A stretch of DNA of 64,000 bases, taken from contig NZ_JAQNDL010000003.1 of NCBI RefSeq assembly GCF_028368995.1, forward strand, positions 1,248,001 through 1,312,000, given 5' to 3'. Positions 30,894-45,114 of the stretch are shown here, in pieces. Source of the stretch: Nannocystis bainbridge (GTDB lineage Bacteria; Myxococcota_A; Polyangia; Nannocystales; Nannocystaceae). Under the pieces are notes generated by a model. That model saw only the letters and a program-made list of their open reading frames with translations. It made no database searches and was not told the origin of the DNA. How positions within the stretch are numbered: position 1 is the first letter of the stretch; each line of letters opens with the position of its first letter. Made by a program: the position numbers and the translations under genes.

Positions 30894-31133
30894 GGACGTC
30901 GCCTTCCGGGCCAGGTCGCACGGAGACTCGCGAAAGCGTCGTTCGTCCGCGAACGCGGAGCCGGCCCCAGGGCGGTCCCCGACTCGCGCCGCACCATCGA
31001 TGCACCCTGCGGCATGCCCTCATTCATGCCACCGGAAGTCCGCCATCGTCGCCGCATGAATCCCGCGTCAGCCGGCGTCGCCGAGGCCCGCGGCTTGACA
31101 AGCCCGGCGCCGATGCCGTCCCCTCCCTCCGCC

Positions 31134-32225
31134 ATGACGCACCCCCCCGACGACGTGTTCGCGCGAGTCTCCCAGCTCCTCGGCAAGCGCTCCGACGACC
31201 CCGCGGTCGTCGCGTTCCATGCGGCCCGCGGCCTCAAGCCGCCGCCGATCGTCACCAAGCTCGACATGCTGTACGACGTGCGCGACCAGGAGGCCGGCTT
31301 CACCCTCAACTACCAGGCGGAGGTGCTGCTGCCCGGCTGCTACCCGCCGCGCCGCGAGGGCGGCAAGTACGTCGCTTACCTCGCGTCGGTCGACTTCCGC
31401 CCGTCGTTCACCGGGCGCATCGCCGGCGAGCTCGACGTCGGATTGCCCGAGGCGCAGGCCAGGACGCTGGCGCAGCAGTTCGAGGACGGCTCGTGGAGCA
31501 CGCCGATGTACCGCGGCCACGTCGTGCGGCGCGAGGCCGGGCAAGAGGTCGTGTTCCTCTACGACCCCGACGACGACAGCTTCGCCGAGGTCCAGCTGCA
31601 GCTCGTGCAGCTCGCCGAGGACGACCCGGCGCTCGCGCAGCTGGCGAGCGACGCGAAGGCCAGCGAGCCCACGCCGGCGCCGCGGCAGTTCCCGCGCCGC
31701 GGCCGCAAGGCGCCGGGCAACGAGCCGCTGCCCGCGCCGCTCGCCGCCCTGTTCGAGCTGCAGGGCAGCGACGGCCTCGGCGAGATCGACCTCGAGGTCC
31801 TGTCGGAGATCGAGGCCGGCGGCCCGGCGGCGTGGACCGGCAACAAGGCGGCGGAGCACGAGCTCCGGGTGTTCGCGCAGGACGGGTCGGGCGGGCTGGT
31901 GGCTTTCTGGATCGTGCAACACGACGACGGAGCCGCGCGGCCGCTGGCGGACCAGCCGGTGGTGTTCCTCGGCTCCGAGGGCGAGCGAGGCGCGGTGGCC
32001 TCCGACCTCGCCGACTTCCTGCATTTGCTGGCCGCGGGGATCGGGCCCTACGAGGTCGTGGAGTACGGCTCGACCGAAGGCGAATCACCGCAACCGGCGA
32101 TCGCCGCGCTCGCCGAGCAGTTCTTCCCCGCCCGCGGCCAGCGCGAGGCCAGCGCGATCATCGTCGACGCCCAGCGCGACTACGCGGATTTCGCCGACCG
32201 CCTCGCGGCGCTGGTGAAGCACTGA
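31134..32225 (+). CDS. Two-domain protein with C-terminal SMI1/KNR4 (SUKH)-like immunity domain
   Basis: C-terminal LRVFAQDGSGGLVAFW...PVVFLGSEG...VASDLADFLHLL. Confidence 0.65.
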   Translation: MTHPPDDVFARVSQLLGKRSDDPAVVAFHAARGLKPPPIVTKLDMLYDVRDQEAGFTLNYQAEVLLPGCYPPRREGGKYVAYLASVDFRPSFTGRIAGELDVGLPEAQARTLAQQFEDGSWSTPMYRGHVVRREAGQEVVFLYDPDDDSFAEVQLQLVQLAEDDPALAQLASDAKASEPTPAPRQFPRRGRKAPGNEPLPAPLAALFELQGSDGLGEIDLEVLSEIEAGGPAAWTGNKAAEHELRVFAQDGSGGLVAFWIVQHDDGAARPLADQPVVFLGSEGERGAVASDLADFLHLLAAGIGPYEVVEYGSTEGESPQPAIAALAEQFFPARGQREASAIIVDAQRDYADFADRLAALVKH

Positions 32226-32238
32226 GAATTCGCCCGCG

Positions 32239-33288
32239 CTACTGACCCAGCGTCGCCGCCAGCCAGGCGTCGATCTGGGCCCAGCCGACCTCGCGGTTCA
32301 GGTGCAGGTTGAAGTCGTGGCCGATGTCCGGCAGCACCTGCACCGTGACCGCCGGAGCGCCGCTGTAAAACGCGGCCTCCTCGGCGGCGACGGAGGCGGA
32401 GGCGATGAGGTCGTGCTCGCCGAGCTGCGACAGCACCGGCACCTCGACCTGGTCGACGCGTGACAACCCGACGATCGCCTCCGGATCGCCGATCGCCAGC
32501 GCCGTCATCATGTCGAGCACGTCGAGCAACAACCCACGCGGCAGCCCCGAGACCATGTTGGCGTTGTCGTACGCGATCACGTCCGGGTCCGCCGTCGGCG
32601 GATAGTAGAACAGCAGCTCGCGCACCGGCGGCGAGAAGGCCACGTAGGGCTGCTGCAGCGGCTCGGCGAACGCCTCCGGATCGATCGGGATGATGCGCGG
32701 CGCGTGGGCCCAGCCGGTCGCCACCAGCGCGTCGGCGATCGGCCCGTAGCTGCCGAGCGCGTACACCGAGGTGATGGTGCCCATCGAGTGGCCGACCAGG
32801 GCCACCTTGTCGAACACCGGATCGCCGAACAGACCGAAGCTCCGCACCCGCGTCAGCACCTGCTCGAGCGCGCTGGCGCTCTCAGCGAGGTCGGCCAGAT
32901 CGCCGGGCGGAGCGCTCGACGCGCCGGCACCCAGCATGTCGAGGGCCAGGACCGCGTAGCAGCGCGCCGTCATGTAGTCGGCATACGAGTAGCGTTCGCC
33001 GTTGATGCGAGGCCCGTCCCAGTACTCACTGTCGTACGTCCCCCCGTGCAGGACCACCTGCAGCGTCCGATCGTGCCACAGCCCGCACGCGCCGCCGAGC
33101 TTCATGGACAAATGCCCGACGACCGTGTAGTCCTGGTCGTCGGACAGCGTGACCACGAATTCGACACGCTTGCCGAGGCTGACGCTCACTGGCAAAAGCC
33201 CGGCCTCGGCGGCCGGGACAGGCAGCAGATTCGCCGCTGCTGCTACCATCAGTGCACCCGCCGCGCGAGCTCCCTTGCGTGCGCTCAT
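32239..33288 (-). CDS. Secreted alpha/beta hydrolase
   Basis: LHGGTY, LDMLGAG, VGHSMG nucleophile, GEHD, IGHDFNLH. Confidence 0.85.
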   Translation of the reverse strand: MSARKGARAAGALMVAAAANLLPVPAAEAGLLPVSVSLGKRVEFVVTLSDDQDYTVVGHLSMKLGGACGLWHDRTLQVVLHGGTYDSEYWDGPRINGERYSYADYMTARCYAVLALDMLGAGASSAPPGDLADLAESASALEQVLTRVRSFGLFGDPVFDKVALVGHSMGTITSVYALGSYGPIADALVATGWAHAPRIIPIDPEAFAEPLQQPYVAFSPPVRELLFYYPPTADPDVIAYDNANMVSGLPRGLLLDVLDMMTALAIGDPEAIVGLSRVDQVEVPVLSQLGEHDLIASASVAAEEAAFYSGAPAVTVQVLPDIGHDFNLHLNREVGWAQIDAWLAATLGQ

Positions 33289-33506
33289 CTCGTCCTCCTA
33301 TGATTCGCCGGGGTCGCGGCCGCGACGACCAGGGCCGCACGGCCCCGCCAGCGACGCCGCACGATCAAGCTACAAGCCCGCGGCGCCGCAGCCAAGACAA
33401 TTCGCGGGACCTTTGGGCATCCCACGCGCTGCGCTGAATGTGGTCACGGGGCGGAGACCGGCCCCGGGGCGCCGGGGCCCCACGCCCGACGTGTCGGATG
33501 CGCCCC

Positions 33507-36689
<3,183 letters not shown>

Positions 36690-36731
36690 CAGCCGCCAGT
36701 CCGCGAGCCCCCTCGCGCAAGCCGAGCGCCT

Positions 36732-37562
36732 TCAGATGTGCTTGCGCGTCACCGCCACCGTCAGCCGCTGATACAGCGACGGCAGCAGGCGCGCCATCAG
36801 GTCGATGAAGTGCGCGTCAGGCCCGACCAGCACCCGGCGCTTGTCCTTCTGCACCCCGCGCAAGATCGTCTCGGCCGCGACCTCGGCGGTGGTGATGAAG
36901 TTCTTCTCGAACTTGAGGTTGGCGTTGTTCGGGTCGCCGCCGAGCGCGGCGATGCTCGGATCGATGCGGCCGGCGCGGGCGATGTTGGTCTTGATCCCGC
37001 CCGGATGCACGCTGGTGGCCGAGACCCCGCAGCGGAGGATGTCGAGCTCCTGCCGCAGCGACTCGGTGAACCCGCGGACCGCGAACTTGGCCGCGTTGTA
37101 GGCCGACTGCGACGGGATGCCGATGAGGCCGAACACCGACGACGTGTTGACCACGTGGCCCTCGCCCGCCGCCTTGAGGTGCGGCAGGAACGCGCGCGTG
37201 CCGTGGACCACGCCCCAGAAATTGATGTTCATCAGCCACTCGAAATCTTCAAGGCGCATGCCCTCGACCGTGGCCCCGAGCCCGACCCCGGCGTTGTTGA
37301 AGATCAGGTTGACCCGCCCGTGATCGCGCACCACCTGGTCGGCCCACGCGAAGATCGCCTCGCGGTCGGCCACGTCGACCCGCTGCGTCGTCACCTTGAC
37401 CCGCGCCTCCCGCAAGAGCGCCGCCGTCTCGGCCAGCCCGATCTCGTTCACGTCGGACAGCGCCAGGTGACAGCCGCGCCGCGCCAGCGCCAGCGCCAGC
37501 GTGCGACCCATGCCCGAGCCGGCGCCGGTGATCGCCGCGACCTTTTCGGTAAAGCTCTTCAT
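36732..37562 (-). CDS. Short-chain dehydrogenase/reductase
   Basis: TGAGSGMG, NNAG, YNAAK. Confidence 0.92.
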   Translation of the reverse strand: MKSFTEKVAAITGAGSGMGRTLALALARRGCHLALSDVNEIGLAETAALLREARVKVTTQRVDVADREAIFAWADQVVRDHGRVNLIFNNAGVGLGATVEGMRLEDFEWLMNINFWGVVHGTRAFLPHLKAAGEGHVVNTSSVFGLIGIPSQSAYNAAKFAVRGFTESLRQELDILRCGVSATSVHPGGIKTNIARAGRIDPSIAALGGDPNNANLKFEKNFITTAEVAAETILRGVQKDKRRVLVGPDAHFIDLMARLLPSLYQRLTVAVTRKHI

Positions 37563-37823
37563 CCCGGCCGGCATACCAGCTTTGCCGGCCCCGGCCCAGC
37601 CCATTCGGCCTCCACCCGCACGTGCCGCCGCTTTTGCACGGCGCGCACGCCCCTGGATCCTGCGAGGAGCAGCCGCCGCCGGCCCCCGTACCGTCGCTCG
37701 CCGGCGTCAGCGTCGGCTCGCCGCTGTCGACGAAGTCCCACAGCGGCCCTGAGCGTCGGATATGATCATAGGACTGCCCGCCAGCGCCGTCATGCAGCGG
37801 CGCTCGGCGGCGCTGCTCTGCGC

Positions 37824-38171
37824 TCAGGTCTCCCAGGAGTAGCCGCCGGAGCCCTGGCTCTTCTTCCCCTTGCTCGACTTCTCGCCGTAGCCGACGACGT
37901 CGAGGGTCGCATCGCCCTCCCACTTGAAGCCGATCGCGTCGCCGCCGGTCAGCTTCTTGTGCCCGCAGTTGCGGGTGGACCCGACGACGACCGCGCCGTT
38001 GCCGTACCAGCCAGTGCCGCGATTGACGATGTCGTCGACGTGCTCGAGGAAATTGTCGTCGACGAGCCGGCTGCAGAACCGCTCCGACGGGAAGCGCACG
38101 GCGATGCCGCGAATATCGAGCGTCGTGCGTTGACCCTGCTTGAGCTCCTCAGCCTCAGGTGTATCCCACAT
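37824..38171 (-). CDS. Small hypothetical protein
   Basis: MWDTPEAEELK... open frame with plausible codon usage; no family recognised. Confidence 0.5.
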   Translation of the reverse strand: MWDTPEAEELKQGQRTTLDIRGIAVRFPSERFCSRLVDDNFLEHVDDIVNRGTGWYGNGAVVVGSTRNCGHKKLTGGDAIGFKWEGDATLDVVGYGEKSSKGKKSQGSGGYSWET

Positions 38172-38389
38172 GTTCGTCCTTTCGAATGGAGGGACATGCA
38201 TACCATGGCACCCGCCCCCGCCTGGGGCCGCCCGGGCACTCGAACTCGAGACAATACCAGTGGTCAGGCGGAGACGGGCGACGCGGATCGCATTCGCCCT
38301 GCAGAGAATCGCGCAATCGGGTCACCAGCGCGCACGACGGGCAATGCGGGTCACCGACGTCGCAGCGGCTCCGCGCAATGACGATCGTC

Positions 38390-39676
38390 TCAGAGCAACA
38401 GGCACGCCGCCGTCGGCACCTCGTGGTCGACCGTCAGCAGGCACTGCGCGCGCAGGCTGATCGCGATAAGCTCGCGCGCCTCCGCCTCGCCCGGCTCGCG
38501 CCCCGCGCCCGCCAGCGCCCGCGCCCGCGCCAGGTCGGCGAGCAACCGCGGCCGCGCCAGCCCCGTGAACTCGTCGGTGCCGCGGACCCCGCCCTCGCCC
38601 AGCCCGGCCGCCAGCAGCTCGGCCAGCACCGCCGCGTCGGCGCTGCGCAGCGGCTGGTCCCGGGCCCAGGCTGGCCGATCGGGCATGTCCGCGAGGACAC
38701 GTACGTGCGCCTCGACCACGTCGACGGCGGCCAGCATCTTGTCGTATTTCAGCGTCTCCGGCGTGTCGCTGGGCTGGTGGTAATGCGGGGAGCGGCCGGT
38801 CGAGACGAACAGCGAGGGGATCTCGCTACCAAAGAAGGCGCCGTGATCGCTGAACGCCTGCCGCCCGTGCGGCAGCTCTTCGACGAGACGCAGGTGCATC
38901 GCCCGCACGGGCAGCCGCGGGTCTTCGCGCAGCGCCGGGGCCGGCGGCCGCACGAAGGTCTCGCGGCCCATCACGTACAGCGGCGAGCGGTAGCCGTCCC
39001 ACAGGTCGCCGCCCATCAGGTCGAGGCAAACCACCGCGACCAATTGCTCGCGGGCGATCGTCGGCCGAGCCACGAAGTAGTCCGAGCCCATCGAAGGCGT
39101 GCGGTAGTCCGGCGGCTCCTCGGCGTCGAAGGCCGCGAGCAGCACGCTACGCGCCGGCGGATCGGCGGCCAGCCGCCTGACGACCGCGAGCGCGACCGCC
39201 ACGCCGCTGGCGTTGTCGTCGGCACCGGGATGCACCACCCCGTCGACCTCGCCGAGGTGATCGTAGTGGGCCGCCAGCACCACGTGCTCGCCAGCCCGCG
39301 CCGGGTCGCGCCCCGGCACCCGCGCCAGCACGTTGGCGCCGCGCGGCAGCGGCTGCTCGAAAGACCCTGTCTCTCCGGCCATCTCGAGCCCGTACGCCCG
39401 CACCCCGGCGACGATCGCCGCCCGCGCCGCCGCCCCGCCCGGGCTGCCGTTGTCGCGCCCGCCGAGCTCCGGCCCGGCCAGCAGCTCGACCCAGCAGCGC
39501 AGCGCCGCCGCCTCGTCGCGCTCGCCGGCGCATGAGGTCGGCGCCACGGCCCGTGGCACCGTCGCCCCGGTCACCCCCGCGTCGGCCACCGGCGCCACCG
39601 ACCCCGCCTCGCCCCGCTCCCCGCAGGCGAGCATCCAGCAGACCGCGAACAGGCGCCAGGGCGACATCCCGACCAT
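38390..39676 (-). CDS. M28-family metallopeptidase lipoprotein
   Basis: AHYDHLG, GADDNASG, DAEE, LDLMG, SDH, HYHQPSDT. Confidence 0.9.
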   Translation of the reverse strand: MVGMSPWRLFAVCWMLACGERGEAGSVAPVADAGVTGATVPRAVAPTSCAGERDEAAALRCWVELLAGPELGGRDNGSPGGAAARAAIVAGVRAYGLEMAGETGSFEQPLPRGANVLARVPGRDPARAGEHVVLAAHYDHLGEVDGVVHPGADDNASGVAVALAVVRRLAADPPARSVLLAAFDAEEPPDYRTPSMGSDYFVARPTIAREQLVAVVCLDLMGGDLWDGYRSPLYVMGRETFVRPPAPALREDPRLPVRAMHLRLVEELPHGRQAFSDHGAFFGSEIPSLFVSTGRSPHYHQPSDTPETLKYDKMLAAVDVVEAHVRVLADMPDRPAWARDQPLRSADAAVLAELLAAGLGEGGVRGTDEFTGLARPRLLADLARARALAGAGREPGEAEARELIAISLRAQCLLTVDHEVPTAACLLL

Positions 39677-39934
39677 GTAGCACGGCGTCCGCCCCCGCCG
39701 GAGCGCGCGTTCGCCGGCACGACGCCCGACCCATCATCGGGGCCGGAAGACCGCAATCTCTCGCGTCTCCGCCTGTGCCCCTGAGCCGGCATCGGGCGAT
39801 TTGTGACCCCGTATACCAAAATTTCGGGTTGCTCGCGACCGCGCGGCTTCCTAGATTCCTCGTACCTCCGGCGAGGTCGGTATGATCAACCGCCATTTCA
39901 CCGCATATACACGTTTCACCGGCGAGGGCGCGCG

Positions 39935-40279
39935 ATGCTCGAAGTAGAGATCGACGTCGAGGTCGTGGCGCCGCCGCCGAACGGCGCGCCGCTCGATTTC
40001 CGCGAGCGACTGGTGCTGGCCCTCAAGACGACCGACGCCGCGGTGCTCGAGGCGGCGGAGGGGGCCTTCCGCGGCGTGTGGCCGAGCATCGACGCTTACA
40101 TCCTCGAGCGGCTGGCCGCCGACCTGCCGCCGGGGCTCGGCTGGGTCCTGGACTGCTGCGACCCCGCCGGCCTGCGCCAGGGCTACGAGGCCGGCGCGCG
40201 CGAGGTCTGGGCCATCCCGCTGGGCCACGGCCGGGCCATGGTGTTCGAGAGCCGCCAGGCCGCCGCCGCGCCGGCGTAG
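39935..40279 (+). CDS. Small hypothetical protein, weakly ArdA-C-terminus-like
   Basis: RBS-like GAGGG, then ATG; AFRGVWPSIDAY...LPPGLGWVLDCCD...MVFES. Confidence 0.55.
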   Translation: MLEVEIDVEVVAPPPNGAPLDFRERLVLALKTTDAAVLEAAEGAFRGVWPSIDAYILERLAADLPPGLGWVLDCCDPAGLRQGYEAGAREVWAIPLGHGRAMVFESRQAAAAPA

Positions 40280-40488
40280 CGGCCCTCGCTCGCGCTCGTA
40301 CGATTGCGCCGCCGTCGCGCGATTCATGCGACCTGGTGCGGCAATCGTGACACCCCGCATTGCCCGCGGCGCCCGTCCGCGATCGGCCGTCGGGACCCGG
40401 ACGGGCCCGCGGGCGAAACCGCGCAAACCCCGCACCCCGGGCCCTCTTGCCGATTTGGCCGGGATTCGGGACGCTGCTTGGGTCACCG

Positions 40489-41202
40489 GTGTCCTTCATC
40501 AACACCAAGGCCGGCGAGATCGGCGTCAAGGTCGTCTACTTCGGGCCCGCGCTGGCTGGCAAGTCGACGAACATTCGCACGATCCACCGCAAGACCCGGC
40601 CGGCCCTGCGCGGGCGGCTCGACGCGATCGCCGGCGACCTCGGGCCGATGCTGTCGTTCGACTTTGCCCCGGACACCTTGCCGCGCATCGACGATCGCTA
40701 CCGCGTGCGGCTGCACCTCGTCACCGTGCCGGGCCCGGTGCTGAGCCCCGTCTCGCGCAAGCTCGTGCTCAAGGGCGTCGACGCCGTCGTGTTCGTCGCC
40801 GACACCCAGGAGGAGGGCGGCGAGCTGGTGCGGTTCGAGGACAACGTCGAGTCGATGCAGCAGCTCCTGACCCTGCTCGACGACCTCGGGGTCGACAGCG
40901 CCTTCATGCCGATGGTGCTGCAGTACAACAAGCGTGACCTCGTCGAGGCCCCGACCCTGCGCCCGTTCGACTCGGCCCACGCCTCGCCGATCCCCCTGAC
41001 GACCCTGGCCGCCCTCGACGAGGCGATCAACCCCAACGGCCTGCCCACCATCGAGGCCGTCGCCACCGCGGGCATCGGCGTGATGGACTCCCTGCGCATC
41101 GTCGTCAAGGACCTGCTCGCCCCGCTGCGCGCCGAGTACGAGGCCAGCGGCGACCGTTACCCGATCGCCGCCGGCAGCTCCGGCGGCTGGCCCCGCGTCT
41201 GA
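40489..41202 (+). CDS. MglA-family small GTPase paralogue (degenerate catalytic residues)
   Basis: GTG-SFIN...KVVYFGPALAGKSTN, FDF, TVPG, SRKLVLKGVDAVVFVAD, QYNKRDL. Confidence 0.85.
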   Translation: MSFINTKAGEIGVKVVYFGPALAGKSTNIRTIHRKTRPALRGRLDAIAGDLGPMLSFDFAPDTLPRIDDRYRVRLHLVTVPGPVLSPVSRKLVLKGVDAVVFVADTQEEGGELVRFEDNVESMQQLLTLLDDLGVDSAFMPMVLQYNKRDLVEAPTLRPFDSAHASPIPLTTLAALDEAINPNGLPTIEAVATAGIGVMDSLRIVVKDLLAPLRAEYEASGDRYPIAAGSSGGWPRV

Positions 41203-41217
41203 CCTGCGCTTGTATCA

Positions 41218-41262
41218 GCGTGTCCCCGGGGACAGGTCATTCACCTGTCCCGCGGGACAGCT
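41218..41262. repeat. Inverted pair of 20-bp motif copies between convergent genes
   Basis: TGTCCCCGGGGACAGGT CATTC ACCTGTCCCGCGGGACA. Confidence 0.75.
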
Positions 41263-41265
41263 CGC

Positions 41266-41901
41266 TTACGCCTCTTTCGCCTCGTACGCGGCGATCAGGT
41301 GCTTGTAGTTCGGCACGTGCTCGACCATCAGCTTGGTGAAGCCGGACTCGTCGTTCCGCCAGTCCCGCATCAGCTCGGACGCGACCGCGAACCATGACAT
41401 CGGCTGCGCCCCGGCCATCGCCATGCGAGCGATCGCCCCGCCGGCCGAGCCGACGCACAGCGAGCCGGACGCGTCGGTCACCACGCGGACGTCGTAGCCG
41501 GCCTCGAGCGCCGACAGGACCACGAACGCGACGCACACGTCGGTCGTGATGCCGGCCACGATGAGCTGCTTGCGCCCGGTCTTCTTGACCGCCTTGACGA
41601 ACTCGGGGCTGTCCCACGCGTTGATCTCGCCCTCGCGGCGGATCACCTGGACCTTCGGCAGCCGCGCGCGCACCTCCGGCATCAGCGGCCCGTTCGGTCC
41701 ATCCTCCTTCGAGGTCGTGACCACTGTCGGCAGCTTGAACAGCTTCGCGGTGTCGGCAAGGGCCAGCACGTTGCGGTCGAACACGTCGGGGACGTGGTCG
41801 TGGACCAGCTGAAACAGGCCCGATTGGTGGTCGATGATCAGCAGCGCCGCCTCGTCCTTCGACAGGCGGTCGTACTTCAGCTTGGCGCGTTCGATATCCA
41901 T
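41266..41901 (-). CDS. YcaC-like isochorismatase-family cysteine hydrolase
   Basis: LLIIDHQ, GPNGP, INAWD, AGITTDVCV, DASG, ELMRDW. Confidence 0.9.
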   Translation of the reverse strand: MDIERAKLKYDRLSKDEAALLIIDHQSGLFQLVHDHVPDVFDRNVLALADTAKLFKLPTVVTTSKEDGPNGPLMPEVRARLPKVQVIRREGEINAWDSPEFVKAVKKTGRKQLIVAGITTDVCVAFVVLSALEAGYDVRVVTDASGSLCVGSAGGAIARMAMAGAQPMSWFAVASELMRDWRNDESGFTKLMVEHVPNYKHLIAAYEAKEA

Positions 41902-42302
41902 GATGTGTCCTTTGGAACAGGTGCGCAGGCGCGCGGATCACCCGTCGCCCGCGACGGTCACCATAGCCACCGCTGCCGGCGCGCGAGCCTCCGGCCCCGG
42001 CGCTGCTCCTGCCCTCTCACGGCCCGGTCGCCGGCCGCACCGGCCCTTTCGGCCGCGGCCGCCGCGGCGCGCCCGTGCCCATGGCCCTACGGCGACCTGT
42101 CCTTCGAGACATCTCATCCGCGCGCCCGCGCGGCGCGCTCCTCCACGCGATCACGCGCCCGATCGCGCCCCGGCGACATCGACCGCCGTCGGTCGTCACA
42201 TACGCCAGGCCCGCCTCGACCTGTCCTCGCGGACATATCACCGCGACCCTCGCCGGCGCCCGCGCAAGTCCCGTGGTCGCCGCGAGGACGACCGGTCGCC
42301 CG

Positions 42303-42755
42303 TCACGGCTCCTTCGCCGCCTCGTGGGTGCCTCGCCACCGTCGCACCGCCAGGTACACCAGCACGTACGACAGCCCCGCCAGCGTCGGGATCGCCACTG
42401 CCGCCCCGAGCGCGAACGGCCCAAGCATCGAAGTGAACAGCTCCCACCAGCCCGACCCGTCGAGCGCCCGCAGCTCGGCCCACGACGGCAGCGGGCGGCC
42501 CATCAGCGCCAGCCCGAGATAGAGCTCGCCGGCGTAGAACACCGCCCCGGTGACCGGGTTCACCACCGCCGTGCCGAGGTACGTCGCCGGGATGTTGAGC
42601 TTGAGCGGCGGCGCCAGGGCCAGCGCCAGCAGCATCCCCGCGAACGGGATCGGGATCAGCGACAGCCCGACCCCGAGCGCGAAGCCGCCGGCGATCCCCT
42701 GCGGCGTGCCGTTCAGGGCCAGGAGCCCCGCGACCCAGGTCCGGACCCGCCCCAC
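42303..42755 (-). CDS. DUF2062 membrane protein
   Basis: TPQGIAGGFALG...IPIP...LN...VVNPVT. Confidence 0.8.
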   Translation of the reverse strand: MGRVRTWVAGLLALNGTPQGIAGGFALGVGLSLIPIPFAGMLLALALAPPLKLNIPATYLGTAVVNPVTGAVFYAGELYLGLALMGRPLPSWAELRALDGSGWWELFTSMLGPFALGAAVAIPTLAGLSYVLVYLAVRRWRGTHEAAKEP

Positions 42756-43153
42756 TACTTCTTGTCCCTCTCGTCCTTCTCGAGCTCCGCGTTCGCGGCC
42801 TCCACACCGGCCTTGGCGGCGCCCTTGATCTCGTTGAACTCGGCCTTGCCCTTCTCGAGGGCATCACGCGCGCCCTGCTCGACCTTGTCGGCGCCGCGCT
42901 GGATGTGCCGCGCCGCATCCTCGGCGCCGTCCTCGATCTTCTCGCCGGCCACCCTCGCCCCCGACTCGACCACGCCGACCGCCTTCTCGGCCCCCGAGCG
43001 GACCTTGTGCCCGGCCTCCTTGGCCGCGTCGGCCGCCGCGTCGATGGCCTCCTTCGTCTCCGCGGCCGCGCGCTTGCTCGTCGGCGAGTCGCCGCAGCCG
43101 GCCAAGAGCCCCGAGAGCACCACCGCGAGCGCTGAAATCCCGTGTTTGCGCAT
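42755..43153 (-). CDS. Small Ala/Glu/Lys-rich lipoprotein (LEA-like helical)
   Basis: LAGC lipobox; amphipathic repeats; stop codon overlaps the start of the DUF2062 gene. Confidence 0.7.
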   Translation of the reverse strand: MRKHGISALAVVLSGLLAGCGDSPTSKRAAAETKEAIDAAADAAKEAGHKVRSGAEKAVGVVESGARVAGEKIEDGAEDAARHIQRGADKVEQGARDALEKGKAEFNEIKGAAKAGVEAANAELEKDERDKK

Positions 43154-43248
43154 GCTTTCTCCTTCGAACCGGCCCAAGCGTGATCGCGAACGGCGAACTC
43201 GACAAGCGCGCTTGCATATCTACTCGGGAGTAGATATGCTCCCCGAGC

Positions 43249-43851
43249 ATGGGTCGTCCGGCAGCTGGGAGCAACACCACGGCCACCCCGGAGCGCCTGC
43301 TCGACGCCGCCGACGCGGTGTTCTCGCAGCATGGATTTCGCGGCGCGCGGCTCGAGGACATCGCCGCGGCCGCGGGCATCCGGCGGCCCTCGCTCCTCTA
43401 TCACTTCCCCTCCAAGGAGCTGCTCTACAACGCGGTGGTCCGGCGCACCTTCCAGCGCCTGGGCGCCGCGCTGACCGAGGCGATGCTGCAGCCCTCGAGC
43501 TTCTCCCAGCGCTTCGACGCCATCATCGACACGTACACCCAGTTCCTCGAGGAGCACCCCGAGCTGGCGCGCATCCTCGTGTGGGAGCTGCTCGACGGCC
43601 AGGGCCCCGGCCGCGTCGTCCTGCTCGAGCAGGTCGTGCCGCTGCTCGACCTGACCGAGCGATTCGCCCGCATCGAGGGTCGCCGCGACATCCGCCCCGA
43701 CCTGCCGGTGCGCGCGGCGATCCTGCAGATCGCCAGCGACCTGGTGCTGCGCACCTCGGCCCGCGAATTCAAGACCGCCCTGTGGGGCGATCAGGACCAC
43801 GCGCGGGTCCTCGCCCGCGCGCTCTTCTTCTCGAGCAACAGCGGAGGGTAA
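43249..43851 (+). CDS. TetR-family transcriptional regulator
   Basis: LLDAADAVFSQHGF...IAAAAGIRRPSLLYHFPSKE. Confidence 0.92.
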   Translation: MGRPAAGSNTTATPERLLDAADAVFSQHGFRGARLEDIAAAAGIRRPSLLYHFPSKELLYNAVVRRTFQRLGAALTEAMLQPSSFSQRFDAIIDTYTQFLEEHPELARILVWELLDGQGPGRVVLLEQVVPLLDLTERFARIEGRRDIRPDLPVRAAILQIASDLVLRTSAREFKTALWGDQDHARVLARALFFSSNSGG

Positions 43852-43855
43852 GCAA

Positions 43856-45025
<1,170 letters not shown>

Positions 45026-45051
45026 GCTCGCCGCGCCCGCGGTCGTCGCCC

Positions 45052-45112
45052 ACATGTCCCCGAGGACATGTCATCGCCCCGGATCGGAGATGACATGTCT
45101 CTCGGGACATCC
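45052..45112. repeat. Inverted pair of 20-bp motif copies between convergent genes (possible terminator hairpin)
   Basis: ACATGTCCCCGAGGACATGTCATC ... GATGACATGTCTCTCGGGACAT. Confidence 0.8.
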
Positions 45113-45114
45113 CG

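Noticed and set aside
45052-45112. Resemblance of GGACATGTCC to the eukaryotic p53 half-site, or of the motif to MrpC/CRP sites
   Set aside because: p53 half-sites abut at a 10-bp period and the context is bacterial; CRP/MrpC spacing is TGT-N10-ACA, not N8.
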